A DNA stretch of 47,480 nucleotides from the NCBI GenBank assembly GCA_964420115.1, contig CAYQQO010000003.1, positions 1-47,480 of the forward strand, in the 5' to 3' direction. This DNA is from an uncultured Candidatus Saccharibacteria bacterium. GTDB taxonomy: Bacteria > Patescibacteriota > Minisyncoccia > Portnoybacterales > UBA2143. The notes under the pieces were generated by a model. It did no database searches. It worked only from the letters and a program-made list of their open reading frames with translations, and was not told the origin of the DNA. The position numbers were made by a program, and so were the translations under genes. Below are positions 16,958-27,684 of the stretch, in pieces (position 1 is the stretch's first letter; the number at the start of each line of letters is the position of its first letter).

Positions 16958-18748
16958 TCATTTTTTTAATGCCTTTAAAAAGGCCTCTTGCGGGATACTG
17001 ACTCTGCCAAACTGCTTTAATCTCTTTTTCCCTTTTTTTTGCTTTTCCAGCAGTTTTCTTTTTCTTGTTACATCACCGCCGTAAAGGCCGGAAGTAACAT
17101 CCTTTCTCAACGCCTTAATTGTTTCCCTGGCAATAATCCGCCCGCCAACAATCGCTTGCAAAGGAATAGCAAACTGATGCTGAGGGATAATTCCTTTTAA
17201 TCTTCCAACCAGAGCTTTTCCTTCGTAATAGGCTTTATCTCTGTGGACTAAACGGGAAAAAGCGCCTACTTTTTCGTCGGCGACTAAAACATCGAGCCTG
17301 ACTAAATCCGCTTCTTTGTAGCCAGTTATTTGATAACTCATTGAAGCATATCCAGAGCTGACATTTTTCAAATGATCGTAGAAGTTAACAATAATTTCCG
17401 CCAAAGGAGCCTGGTATTTAATTAAAACTCTTTCCGCGGTTAAATATTGGGTATCGCTGTAATTACCTCTAAGCCCCTCTAATAATTTCATTATTTGGCC
17501 TAAGTAATTTTTTGGCATAATTATCTCCAAATCTACCATTGGTTCTTCTATTTTTTCAATCTGGTCTAAAGCAGGCAAATCAGCTGGTGAAGAAATAGCC
17601 ATTTTTTCTTTTTCTCCTTTCAAAAACAATTGATAACTTACTGAAGGAGAGCTAGCCACCAAACTCAAATCATATTCGCGGCTCAATCTTTCAGAAACAA
17701 TTTCTAAATGAAGCATTCCTAAAAACCCGCAGCGAAATCCTCTGCCTAAACCTTCTGATGATTCCGGCTCGTACTGCAAAGAGGAATCATTTAATTTCAA
17801 TTTAGCTAAACTATCTTTCAAAAGATCGTATTGAGAAGAATCGGTCGGATAAAAACTGGCGAAAACAAGCGGCCTTGGCTCTTTATATCCGGGAAGGGCT
17901 GTAAGATTTTCTTGTTTAGACAAAAGAGAAATTGTATCACCAACCCGGCATTGACTGACTTCTTTTAAGCCAGTGGCGATATAGCCAATTTCGCCAGAAG
18001 AAAGAAAATCCTCTTTAACCAGTTGCGGCTTGAAAACACCCACTTCCAGAGCTTCAGCCGTCGCCCCAGAGGCCATTAAAAATATTTTATCCCCTTTTTT
18101 TATCTGCCCGTCAACAACCCTTACATAAGCAACCACTCCTTTGTATGTATCATAAACTGAATCAAAAACTAAAGCCCTCAAAGAAGCGCTACTCTCGCCT
18201 CCCGGGCAAGGCACATCTTTAATAACTTTCTCTAAAACCTTATCAACCCCCTTATTTTTTTTAGCGGAAATTTGAATAATTTGCAAAGGATTTATTCCAA
18301 GAAGATCACACATTTCTTTGGTTGTTTCTTCGGTCCTGGCATGAGGCAAATCAATTTTGTTTATCACCGGGATAACAACCAAATTTTGCTCCTGGGCTAA
18401 ATTCAAATTAGCCAAAGTTTGAGCCTGAATTCCCTGGGAAGCGTCAACTAAAAGAACTGCCCCCTCAACAGCCACCAAGCTTCTTGAAACTTCATATGTA
18501 AAATCAACATGGCCGGGCGTATCAATTAAATTAATAATATATTTGTTATAATCCATCCTGACCGGCTGAAGCTTTATAGTAATGCCTTTTTCTCTTTCCA
18601 AGTCCATCATATCTAAAAACTGCTCTTTCATTTTTCTTTCTTCAATTGTTTTGGTCAATTCTAAAAGACGGTCAGCCAAAGTGGACTTGCCGTGGTCAAT
18701 GTGGGAAATTATAACGAAATTGCGGATATTTTCTTTTTGTATTGACAT
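16958..18748 (-). CDS. lepA: Elongation factor 4 (LepA)
   Basis: HIDHGKSTLADR, GITIK, DTPGHVDF, GFRCGFLGMLH, LYGGDVTRKRKLLEKQK. Confidence 0.98.
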   Translation of the reverse strand: MSIQKENIRNFVIISHIDHGKSTLADRLLELTKTIEERKMKEQFLDMMDLEREKGITIKLQPVRMDYNKYIINLIDTPGHVDFTYEVSRSLVAVEGAVLLVDASQGIQAQTLANLNLAQEQNLVVIPVINKIDLPHARTEETTKEMCDLLGINPLQIIQISAKKNKGVDKVLEKVIKDVPCPGGESSASLRALVFDSVYDTYKGVVAYVRVVDGQIKKGDKIFLMASGATAEALEVGVFKPQLVKEDFLSSGEIGYIATGLKEVSQCRVGDTISLLSKQENLTALPGYKEPRPLVFASFYPTDSSQYDLLKDSLAKLKLNDSSLQYEPESSEGLGRGFRCGFLGMLHLEIVSERLSREYDLSLVASSPSVSYQLFLKGEKEKMAISSPADLPALDQIEKIEEPMVDLEIIMPKNYLGQIMKLLEGLRGNYSDTQYLTAERVLIKYQAPLAEIIVNFYDHLKNVSSGYASMSYQITGYKEADLVRLDVLVADEKVGAFSRLVHRDKAYYEGKALVGRLKGIIPQHQFAIPLQAIVGGRIIARETIKALRKDVTSGLYGGDVTRKRKLLEKQKKGKKRLKQFGRVSIPQEAFLKALKK

Positions 18749-18832
18749 TAGTTCTATTGCTGCTTATGACAATGATAATCAATTAATTGTAAGTTCTTTT
18801 TACTTTTAAATCAATAAAAAGGAGGAAACGAA

Positions 18833-19413
18833 ATAAGCATTAGCTTAAGCCGTGTAACAGACGAGTTGGGGAGCGTTCTCCAAATAGAAGAAGACAAATT
18901 GCTCGCCTATGAAGAGTTTTTGTCTGTTTTCAAATGGCTCAACAACAAAAACAGAAAGGTGCCCGAGAGCGTCAGAGCAAATACAGAAAAAGACCTGGGA
19001 CAACTTTTTTTGAAAATTATTGGGCGCTACCTCCATCTAATTGGTTTGACGCCCTACGAACAAGGGGCAAAGTCATATCTGAGAGGGAACAACGCCGTTG
19101 ATATCCTTTGTCCAAAAGTAAAAATTATCCCCTTGTTCTCGCCACCTACCCGCCGGCCAATAATGGCTTTTCAGCTCCGGTTATTACCCCGACAGAAGCA
19201 GACCCCAAGCGCCAATTCAAGATAGCCAGCATTGAACAAATAGCAGGCTTTTTGGGAAAAATGAGCGCCTTCGGCCATTCTTTAAGCATGGAAAAAATAC
19301 AGAAATTGGTCAAAGCCAGAAAGACCATCACTCAAGTTCCTGAACCTCTCAAAGAAACAGCCAAAGGACATTACACTCTCACTCTTTTTCAACTACTCGG
19401 CAACAATATCTGA
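18833..19413 (+). pseudogene. Probable frameshifted hypothetical gene
   Basis: AAGGAGG SD followed by in-frame ATA at 18833; overlapping ORFs 18866-19225 and 19108-19413; terminator downstream. Confidence 0.45.
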
Positions 19414-19437
19414 CTGCTGCCCAGGCAGGTGGAGCTA

Positions 19438-19476
19438 AAAAGCAGCTGACTAAAAGTTAGCTGCTTTCTTTTTTTT
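19438..19476. terminator. Probable bidirectional intrinsic terminator
   Basis: AAAAGCAGCTGACT-aaa-AGTTAGCTGCTTT then T run, between convergent genes. Confidence 0.7.
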
Positions 19477-21088
19477 ACCTGCCGTTTGGACCACCAAATG
19501 TTATTCTCGGCAATCTTTTCAAAGGCAGACGCCTTAAAAAAGAAGAAACAAAAACCCCTAATTCTTCTAAGCCAAAGATCCAAGAAAAAAGAAAATAACC
19601 AGCTATGCCAATAATGCCGGCTACCCCGCCTTGAATAAAAAGACCTATCCCGCTGCTTGTATCAACCAACAAAGATAACAGCCCAAGAGAAATATAAGCA
19701 AAGACGCCGGCCGCCAAAGAAGAAAGAAGTATTTTTGAGCCGGAAGAAAACAACCTTCTGTCATCAAAGGATCCCACCTTCCGCCTTAAGGCGATAAAAA
19801 GGAAGAATAAATAGACAATATTGCCAACAGAAAAGCCCAGGGCCAGCCCGGGCACACCCATTGTCTTTGATAGAAACCAAGCAGATGACAAGCGAACTAC
19901 GGTGGCAAAAAGGCCAATTATAAAAGGTGTTTTTGTATCCTCCCAAGCAAAAAACCCGCGCAAAAAAAGAAGAATAAGCGCTTCAGCAAAAAGAGAAAGA
20001 GAAAAATAGGCCAGAGTCTGCAAAGTCAAAACAGTGTCGTGCCAATCAAACCGGCCAGCCCCTAAAATCACACGGACAATTTGAGCTCGCAGAACAATAA
20101 AGAGAACAGCCGCTGGCAGAGTAAAGAAAAGGATTTGACGAGCTGTAAAAGAAAAAGTTTTTATAAAATTAAATTTATCTTTTTTTTGGGCAAATTCTGA
20201 AAGCTTAGGGAAGGAAGCAATAACAAAAGAAACACCAAAAACCCCTAAAGGAAAATACCAAATATTTAAAGCCAAATTAAAAACAGTAATACTGCCAACA
20301 GCTAAAAAAGAAGCAAAAATAGTCATTGCCCAAAAATTAATTTGCGTTAAAGCCAAGCTCATTACTCTCGGCGGCATTACTTTGGTTATCCGGCGAAGGC
20401 CGGAGAACCTTAAATCAAAGATCGGCTGCCACCTGTAGCCGGCCTGCCAAGCAGAAAACAACTGTAAAGACATGTGTAAAAAAGCGCCCAAAACAACGCC
20501 CCAAGCCAAACCAACAAGCCCCCAGTATTTTACTAAAACCAAAGCGCCAAAAATTATAGCTATGTTATATACAATCGGCGCCATAGAATAAATCAAAAAA
20601 CGGCGGAAACTCTGCAGTATACCGCCAAAAACAGCGCTAAGCCCTAAAAAAACAGGGCTCAACAACATTAGTCTGGTTAAAAGAACTGTTTGCTCCAACT
20701 TCTCGCTGGAAAATCCAGGAGCAACCAAACCAACTACCAAAGGAGCAAAAATTACCAAAAAGAAACAAACAACCAACGAAATCAAAGCTATTAAATTAAC
20801 GACATCATTGGCCAAATACCAGTGTTTTTTATTATTTTTTTCCAAATAACTAATAAAAACAGGGATAAAGCCGGCTGAAATCGCGCCAAAGATTAAAAGA
20901 GAGTAAACTAAATCAGGGATGCGGAAAGCGGCGTAATAAACATCCAGCTGGTCGCCTGCCCCGAACATGCTAGCTAAAATTCTGTCACGCAAAAGGCCCA
21001 AAAGACGACTAACCAAAGAAGCCGCGCCTAAAATGACTGCGGCTGAAATAATTGTTTTTGAGCTACTGTTAAATATTTTCTGGATCAT
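19475..21088 (-). CDS. murJ: Lipid II flippase MurJ (MviN)
   Basis: SRLLGLLRDRILASMFG, YAAFRIPD, SAGFIPVF, FFAWEDTKTP. Confidence 0.93.
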   Translation of the reverse strand: MIQKIFNSSSKTIISAAVILGAASLVSRLLGLLRDRILASMFGAGDQLDVYYAAFRIPDLVYSLLIFGAISAGFIPVFISYLEKNNKKHWYLANDVVNLIALISLVVCFFLVIFAPLVVGLVAPGFSSEKLEQTVLLTRLMLLSPVFLGLSAVFGGILQSFRRFLIYSMAPIVYNIAIIFGALVLVKYWGLVGLAWGVVLGAFLHMSLQLFSAWQAGYRWQPIFDLRFSGLRRITKVMPPRVMSLALTQINFWAMTIFASFLAVGSITVFNLALNIWYFPLGVFGVSFVIASFPKLSEFAQKKDKFNFIKTFSFTARQILFFTLPAAVLFIVLRAQIVRVILGAGRFDWHDTVLTLQTLAYFSLSLFAEALILLFLRGFFAWEDTKTPFIIGLFATVVRLSSAWFLSKTMGVPGLALGFSVGNIVYLFFLFIALRRKVGSFDDRRLFSSGSKILLSSLAAGVFAYISLGLLSLLVDTSSGIGLFIQGGVAGIIGIAGYFLFSWIFGLEELGVFVSSFLRRLPLKRLPRITFGGPNGR

Positions 21089-21093
21089 CTATT

Positions 21094-21273
21094 TTACTGC
21101 CCCCAATTACTCATCAGCAAACCCAAATCTCTGACATCAACAATGCTGTCGTTGTTTAGATTTTCGTTTTGCGCGCTGGGAGGTTCCAGCCAGCGGCTGA
21201 CCAAAAGACTGAAATCAGATGAATTAACACTGCCGTCATTGTTTAAATCTCCTAAAATGGGGCTTGATTCAAT
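21094..21273 (-). pseudogene. Orphan dockerin-coding fragment
   Basis: Reads IESSPILGDLNNDGSVNSSDFSLLVSRWLEPPSAQNENLNNDSIVDVRDLGLLMSNWGQ*; in-frame stop just upstream, no ATG start. Confidence 0.75.
21163..21237. repeat. 75-bp direct repeat, copy 1 (copy 2 at 29235-29309)
   Basis: Two mismatches in 75 bp by manual alignment. Confidence 0.9.
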
Positions 21274-21328
21274 ATTGCCTTATATTATTTATTTTATTCC
21301 TCTATATAACTATAATATGCAATATTAT

Positions 21329-24211
21329 TCAAAACTTAAAAGTAAGGCCGAGAAACCTATCAACCCTCAAATCATTGGTCCCCTCCCACAGAGTATCAGT
21401 TACATTCCCATTTTCAGGATAACGCAGAGAAATACCCCAGCTGTCAGGGAACTTTATTTGCCAGTTGAAAGCGCTGTCTAAGGTTCCTGATTGTTTTTGG
21501 ACCAACAAACTATAACTATCAGCCGGTTTATTTGAATCAATTTTAAAAGGCAGTTTGTATTTGTAAGTTAAAGTTGAGATTTGCCCCGGTTTTGTATAAA
21601 GCCAGTTGGCAAAAACCGTCTTGCCATTTTCCTGATAAATTTCTGTCCCGCTTTCTTTGTCAATTGTCATATTGCTTTCTATTGAATTTATCAAAGAATC
21701 CTCTGAGAAGCCATGATTCTGGTAGTCAATCGGGGCTTTGTAACCAACCTTTGTCTGGCCGCTCGCTGATATTAATTGGCTGCCCAAAGGCAGATAAACC
21801 CGTAAATAATTTTTATTTAACGAATTTATCCAGCTATATTTTCCCCCTTGATGTTTTCTGACAACAACAAGCGTGTTGATTATTGTCCCATCTTCCTGAA
21901 TTTCTGTCCGGTGGTCAATTGATTCTTTAATCGCCTGATCGCTTTTCCCTCCGCCAATATTAGAACTCACCACGCTTAAATAATTATTATCAGCATCCAA
22001 AAGCTGGCCTGCCCAGCCCTCTTTTTTAACCAACTCCTCCAAAGAAGAGTCATCAAAATAAACAAGAGTATGCTTTTCTAAAAAAGAATTTAAAACAATT
22101 TCTACTGCTTTTTGCCTTTTTTCTTGAGAAAGATTATTTAAAGCATCAATAAACAAAGGAGCAAAATCTATTAAAATTTTCTTTGGCTGGTTAAGTGTTT
22201 TATCATAATCTTCTTCTACTTCGCGCTGGACCAGCTCAATAAAATTATTAGCTCCCAAAACAACATTGTACTCCGGCATATTGATAGGGCCGGTCAAGCC
22301 CAAAAGCCTTTCAAAAACATAGGGAGTAAAACTAATCACCCCATCAACATCCTGACCTCCGCTTTTTTGGTAAAACCAGGAGATCTTTCGGGCTGATGTT
22401 GGAAAGTCAGCAAACCAATTGGCGTTATGCATTGACCAAGAAGTGGAAATCTCCTGAATCGGCTTTGGAGGAATAATTTTTTCATGCAACTGGCCGTCGG
22501 TAAAAAAAACATCTTCAACAAAAAGTTTTCCAATTGAGCCGTTTTCTAAAGTTAAAAGACCATATGTGCCAAGAAAGCCGCCAGTTGCTCTCATTTCATT
22601 GTTATTCTGAAAAATTAACAAATAATCGCGAGAACCGTTATGCCCTAAAACATTCAAAAAAGCGCTTGAGTAATCACTTGCTTTTTCAAGTAAATCTTGA
22701 GCCAAGGGAAGTTTTTCTTTCAACGAAACAACAGCCGGCTTAATACTATCAGGCAGATCATCCGCCTTTACATAAGATAATTCCTGATTAGCTATCCTAA
22801 TACTGTCCAAAGCCCCACTTAGCTCTTCTTGACTAAGAGACATTAAACTAGCTAAAGAGCCACTGTGAGAAGTCAAAATATTTTTATTTTCTGTCGGACC
22901 TAAATTAATTAAATTAAAAAAACTATTAACTGAAAAAAGCCCGGCTGTAGAAGTTAACCCTTGGCCGGCCCGGGCTAAATTTTCACCAACTTTAATTAAG
23001 TGCTTGCCAGAAGAAATCGCTGAACCGCCGGGCATCTCTTCTAAAATCCCCAAAGCTAACCTGCCCATATTCTCAAATTCCCTGCTTGCTTCTATAAAAT
23101 TTAATTCAGCCAAACCAAAGCTTTCTTGAGCTTTTGCTAAATCCATATCCATCAATGATTCTTTAGCAATAACCAAATTTTGGTAAGCCGACGCTCCGCT
23201 GCTTAAGGCATTATCTTTAATTCTTATCCCCTCAACCACCCATGATGTTATTGGGACAATCAAAGAAACTAAAAAGCCAATTATTAAAAAACCGAAAAGG
23301 CGCTTAAAAGACCTTTTCTCAAGAGGCGCTGACACAAACGATGACTCAATAGGACTAGGCTGATAATACTTTTGATACAATTCATCAGGAAAATAGCTTT
23401 GATTATACGAAATGTTTTTATCCAGCTGGTTATTTTTCTCCTCTTTACCTCTTTCTCTTTCCTGCTCTTCTTGAACTGATTGGGGATCATCCTGAACTGG
23501 CCGGGACCCCCCTTGAGACAACCCCCCTTCACTTTCTTCAGTTTCTCCAACATCTTTTTCTTTTTCTAAAGAAGAAATCACCTCGCTGGAAATTTCTATA
23601 TGAGAAGATATTGATTCCTCATGAGAAGATATTGATTCCTCTCCCTCTGATATAATTTCTGGTTCTTTTTCCGGCAAAGGATCAGTAAAATCAGAAGCGG
23701 CCTCTTCTTCGACAACCGGCTCGACCCGTCTTTGCTCCAAAAAGCTGTCTTCTCTGTAAATTTTTTCCAATTCAGCCATTATCTCCTCTTCGCTTGGCGG
23801 CTCATCAAAAGACAATTCAATCAAGGGCTCTTTTTTTATCTTTTCTTTTGATAAAACATCTTCAGCATCCAATTCCACTGGTGAAAAATCCTTTCCCGGC
23901 TCTTTTTTCAACAGTTCCTTTTCCGGTTCTTTTTTCTTAATTTTTTCTTCTTTTATATTTTTCCCTCTCTTTGCAACAGGCATTTGCTCTGCCTGATATT
24001 TTTGCTCAAACAAATCCTCTGGCTTGGCTGCTTCTATTTTTATCGCTTTAGCTCTAATTGCCTCCTCTTGATTAAAACAACCTTCTTTTAAATTTAGAAC
24101 TGGTTTAACCTGCTTAATTTTTTCAATATCCAAAAGACCCTCCTTGGTAACAGGGCGCACATCAAAAACAGGCGCTATAATAAATTTTCTTTTAATTTGT
24201 CTTCTCTCCAT
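21329..24211 (-). CDS. DUF4012-domain membrane protein with long acidic N-terminus
   Basis: YLLIFQNNNEMRATGGFLGTYG, ANWFADFPTSA, DGVISFTP, YLRVYLPLGSQL, LLVQKQSG. Confidence 0.85.
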   Translation of the reverse strand: MERRQIKRKFIIAPVFDVRPVTKEGLLDIEKIKQVKPVLNLKEGCFNQEEAIRAKAIKIEAAKPEDLFEQKYQAEQMPVAKRGKNIKEEKIKKKEPEKELLKKEPGKDFSPVELDAEDVLSKEKIKKEPLIELSFDEPPSEEEIMAELEKIYREDSFLEQRRVEPVVEEEAASDFTDPLPEKEPEIISEGEESISSHEESISSHIEISSEVISSLEKEKDVGETEESEGGLSQGGSRPVQDDPQSVQEEQERERGKEEKNNQLDKNISYNQSYFPDELYQKYYQPSPIESSFVSAPLEKRSFKRLFGFLIIGFLVSLIVPITSWVVEGIRIKDNALSSGASAYQNLVIAKESLMDMDLAKAQESFGLAELNFIEASREFENMGRLALGILEEMPGGSAISSGKHLIKVGENLARAGQGLTSTAGLFSVNSFFNLINLGPTENKNILTSHSGSLASLMSLSQEELSGALDSIRIANQELSYVKADDLPDSIKPAVVSLKEKLPLAQDLLEKASDYSSAFLNVLGHNGSRDYLLIFQNNNEMRATGGFLGTYGLLTLENGSIGKLFVEDVFFTDGQLHEKIIPPKPIQEISTSWSMHNANWFADFPTSARKISWFYQKSGGQDVDGVISFTPYVFERLLGLTGPINMPEYNVVLGANNFIELVQREVEEDYDKTLNQPKKILIDFAPLFIDALNNLSQEKRQKAVEIVLNSFLEKHTLVYFDDSSLEELVKKEGWAGQLLDADNNYLSVVSSNIGGGKSDQAIKESIDHRTEIQEDGTIINTLVVVRKHQGGKYSWINSLNKNYLRVYLPLGSQLISASGQTKVGYKAPIDYQNHGFSEDSLINSIESNMTIDKESGTEIYQENGKTVFANWLYTKPGQISTLTYKYKLPFKIDSNKPADSYSLLVQKQSGTLDSAFNWQIKFPDSWGISLRYPENGNVTDTLWEGTNDLRVDRFLGLTFKF
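23600..23641. repeat. In-frame 21-bp tandem duplication (EESISSH x2)
   Basis: ATGAGAAGATATTGATTCCTC x2. Confidence 0.9.
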
Positions 24212-24274
24212 AACAAACAAAGCGCCTAAAAGACGCTTTTTATTATATCACAAACAGGCGCTTGTGGGCAAAAA

Positions 24275-25375
24275 CTATTTTTTTCTATACACCCCCACTG
24301 TTTCCTCTCCCATTTTCTGCCAGCTATATTTTTTAACCCTCTTATAGCCCCGACTTGCTAACTCACGGCGCAGATTATTATCGTTTAAGGCCCGTTTAAT
24401 TTCCCGAACCATTGAATCAACATTTTCCGGATCAAAATACAGGGCCGCTTGGCCGCAAACCTCCGGGAGACAAGACGCTTTTGACAAAACAACCGGCAGA
24501 CCGTATGTCATTGCCTCGAGTGGAGGAAGACCAAAACCTTCGCAAAGAGAGGGGAAAATATAAAGAGAGGCGTTTTTATACAAATAAGCAATCTCCTCGT
24601 CTTTTAAAAAATCAGTGAAAATAATTCTTTCATCCGGCAAGGCGTCAGCAATTTTTTTAACCCCTTTGTAAAAATAATCTAATTCCCCCGCTAAAACTAA
24701 TCTTAAATCTATTCCCTCATCAACTATTTTTTTAAAAGCCCTAATTAATTTTTCTAAATTCTTATGAGGATAAGCATTGCCGACATACAAAAGATAGGGT
24801 TTTTTAATCTTGATTCCTTCTTTATTATTGTTTATCGGTTTTTCTGGAACGCCTTCATAAATCACTTCTATTTTTTGGGAGTCAACATTAAAATATTTTA
24901 AAATATCTTTTTTAGTATAATGAGAAACTGCGATAATTTTTTTAGCTCTTTTAACAGCAGAATAAATAATTAAACGATAAGCTAAGTTTTTTAAAAAATA
25001 ACCGGCTGGGCCCAAACGAGAAGCAGATCTGGTTGGAAATTTCTTCAAAACCAAATCGTGGATTGTTACAACAAAAGGAGAAAAATAAAAAAAGGGAACA
25101 TTAAAATGAGGAAAATGCATTAAATCAACTTTTTTTTTGTAAATTTCAAAAGGGAAGAAAAGTTGTTCCCTAAAGCCATACCATTTGTAATTAGCTAAAA
25201 CTTTTTTAAAATTAGAGTTTTTTGGCTGATACTCTCGCCAGTTATCCCTTCTAAGAAAAATAACGTATTGGTTATCTGAATCAACTATTTCTAAATTTTC
25301 CACCAGTTTCTGGACATAGCGGCCAAGCCCTTTTTGTCTTGCTCCAAAAAATCTTGCATCAATGCCAATTTTCAT
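24275..25375 (-). CDS. GT4 glycosyltransferase
   Basis: MKIGIDAR start overlaps upstream stop (ATGA); VVTIHDL; EGFGLPPLEAM. Confidence 0.92.
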   Translation of the reverse strand: MKIGIDARFFGARQKGLGRYVQKLVENLEIVDSDNQYVIFLRRDNWREYQPKNSNFKKVLANYKWYGFREQLFFPFEIYKKKVDLMHFPHFNVPFFYFSPFVVTIHDLVLKKFPTRSASRLGPAGYFLKNLAYRLIIYSAVKRAKKIIAVSHYTKKDILKYFNVDSQKIEVIYEGVPEKPINNNKEGIKIKKPYLLYVGNAYPHKNLEKLIRAFKKIVDEGIDLRLVLAGELDYFYKGVKKIADALPDERIIFTDFLKDEEIAYLYKNASLYIFPSLCEGFGLPPLEAMTYGLPVVLSKASCLPEVCGQAALYFDPENVDSMVREIKRALNDNNLRRELASRGYKRVKKYSWQKMGEETVGVYRKK

Positions 25376-26517
25376 AATGACTTTAATATGTTTAACGTCT
25401 TTCGGGCGCATTTGGGCCAAGAAAAGTTTTTAGCCCGCAGAATGCCTCTTTTAATATATTTATCTTTTAAGCTGTTGTTAGAAAAAATTTCTTTCATAAC
25501 CCAAGATAATTGGTCAATATCATTAGGGTCAACCATCAAAGAAGAGCTGCCAACTACCTCTGGCAAAGAAGAACGATTAGAAACAATTGTCGGAACTCCG
25601 CAAGCCATTGCCTCTAAGGGAGGAAAGCCAAAACCCTCAAAAAAACTAGGGAAAACAAAAAGGTCGGCCAGATTATACAAAGAGGGCTTATCTGATTCAT
25701 CAACAAAACCGGTAAAAAATATATCTCTGCTGTATTTTGAATTTTTAGCTTCTTTAAAAATATAGCCACAAAGCCATCCTTTTGCTCCAGCAATAACCAG
25801 CTTGTGTTCTGTTTTTTTATTTCTTTCCCTAAATAACTCAAAGGCCCTAATTAAACCAACAATGTTTTTCCTGGGCTCAATTGTCCCAAAATACAATATA
25901 AATTTATCCGGCAGATTATACTTTCCCCTGATACTTTTGAGTGTTTCTTTTTTGTTTTTTATCGGCCTGAACTGCTCTCCTACTCCTAAATAAACCACTT
26001 CAATTTTTTTAGGGTCAATATTATAGAGATTGATTAAATCATCTTTAGTTGATAAAGAATCAGAAATTATTTTATCTGCTCTTTCTGCTTCTTTTTTTGC
26101 ATTCATAAAAAACCACTGCCATAATCTTTTTCTTTTTGAAAAAAATTCTGGATAACGCGTAAAGGCCAAATCATGGAATGTTACCACTCGCCGACAGCTG
26201 TTAGAAAGCGGGGTGGTAAAAAAATGAGGATTGAAATAAACATCAATGTCCCCAAGAAGCTTATCAACCTTTGGCCAATTCCCATAACGGGCTAAAGTAA
26301 AAAAAAGACGATTTGGTATTTTAAAATCGCCTAATTCAACATTACCCAAAGAAAGCCAGTTATAATTTAAAGAAGCTTTTTTAAAGGCGTTGTAAAAAAG
26401 CCGGTAGTTAATCTCTGGGTCGCAAGACAAAAGATGGGACAAAAGGTTGATTGTATATTCTTCAACACCGGTCCTTGCCCCTTTTGCCAAGACCCTTATG
26501 TCAACGCCGATAGTCAC
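25372..26517 (-). CDS. GT4 glycosyltransferase
   Basis: GTIEPRKN; EGFGFPPLEAMACGVP. Confidence 0.92.
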   Translation of the reverse strand: MTIGVDIRVLAKGARTGVEEYTINLLSHLLSCDPEINYRLFYNAFKKASLNYNWLSLGNVELGDFKIPNRLFFTLARYGNWPKVDKLLGDIDVYFNPHFFTTPLSNSCRRVVTFHDLAFTRYPEFFSKRKRLWQWFFMNAKKEAERADKIISDSLSTKDDLINLYNIDPKKIEVVYLGVGEQFRPIKNKKETLKSIRGKYNLPDKFILYFGTIEPRKNIVGLIRAFELFRERNKKTEHKLVIAGAKGWLCGYIFKEAKNSKYSRDIFFTGFVDESDKPSLYNLADLFVFPSFFEGFGFPPLEAMACGVPTIVSNRSSLPEVVGSSSLMVDPNDIDQLSWVMKEIFSNNSLKDKYIKRGILRAKNFSWPKCARKTLNILKSL

Positions 26518-26532
26518 AAATTATAATCACAA

Positions 26533-27627
26533 TTAAAGTTTATACCCCGTATTATTTTCAATAAACTCCTTTATTTTATTCTTAAAGCCTTCCTGGTCGT
26601 ATTCCATCGCCTTAGCCCTTATTATTTTAGGGTCAAAATCATTAATTTTAAATTTGCGCAAAGTTTCAAGCAAATGGTCTTTTGTCTGCTCTCTAAAAAA
26701 TAATCCATTTATCTCCGGCTCAATAATTTCCAAAGCGCCTCCTGACTGATAAGCAATAACCGGCCGGCCGGCAGCCATCGCCTCAACAGCCACTATGCCA
26801 AAATCCTCTTCCTGCGGAAAAATAAAGGCCTTGGCGTGAGCATAGTATTTTCTTAATTTTCCATCGTCAACCAATCCGACAAACTCAATATTTTCTTTAG
26901 CTTTTTTCATCAACCGTCTTTTTTCCGGCCCGTCGCCAATAATTTTCAAAGGCCAGCCAAGCTCATTAAAGGCGTCTATCGCCAAATCAAACCTCTTGTA
27001 TGGCAGAAGACGGCCAACCATTAAAAAATAATCAGAAGGATTGCTAACTAAATAAAAAGGAGTTGTTTTAATAGGAGGATAAATAATTGTTGAATCTCTG
27101 TGGTAGTATTTCTTTATCCTTTGAGCGACAAAACGAGAATTAGCAATAAATTTATCAACCCGGCTTGCTGCCTGCTCATCCCAAATGCGGATATAATTCA
27201 TAAAAAAGGGAATAAGTCTTTTTATCGCCTTGGGATAATTAAATTCTTCGATATAGCGGTGCGAATCATCCCAAGCATAACGAATGGGCGTGTGGCAATA
27301 ACAGAGATGAAAACAATCAGCCGGAGTAACCACCCCCTTGGCATAACTGGCAGAATCAGAAAGGACCAAATCATAATTAGAAAAATCAAATTCTTCTACG
27401 GCCAAAGGCATCAGCATCAAAAAAGGCCGATGATAAGATTTAAGCAAAGGGATTTTTTGCAAAAAGGAAGTTTTAACATCCCGATTATCAAAGGCAAAGC
27501 CCGTTCTTTCTCTATCATAAAGAAGAGTATAAATTGGCGCCTTGGGAAAAATTTGGCAGAAGGCTTCCAAAACTCTTTCTGCCCCTCCATACTGATTTAA
27601 ATAGTCATGGACTAAAGCAACACGCAT
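26533..27627 (-). CDS. GT4 glycosyltransferase (WbaZ-like)
   Basis: MRVALVHDYLNQYGGAERVL; YCHTPIRY; EEDFGIVAVEAMAAGRPVIAY. Confidence 0.92.
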   Translation of the reverse strand: MRVALVHDYLNQYGGAERVLEAFCQIFPKAPIYTLLYDRERTGFAFDNRDVKTSFLQKIPLLKSYHRPFLMLMPLAVEEFDFSNYDLVLSDSASYAKGVVTPADCFHLCYCHTPIRYAWDDSHRYIEEFNYPKAIKRLIPFFMNYIRIWDEQAASRVDKFIANSRFVAQRIKKYYHRDSTIIYPPIKTTPFYLVSNPSDYFLMVGRLLPYKRFDLAIDAFNELGWPLKIIGDGPEKRRLMKKAKENIEFVGLVDDGKLRKYYAHAKAFIFPQEEDFGIVAVEAMAAGRPVIAYQSGGALEIIEPEINGLFFREQTKDHLLETLRKFKINDFDPKIIRAKAMEYDQEGFKNKIKEFIENNTGYKL

Positions 27628-27684
27628 AAACAAATAATTCAAGCCCCCCGTTGATACAAACTAAAAAAACAATCCCCAAAAAAG

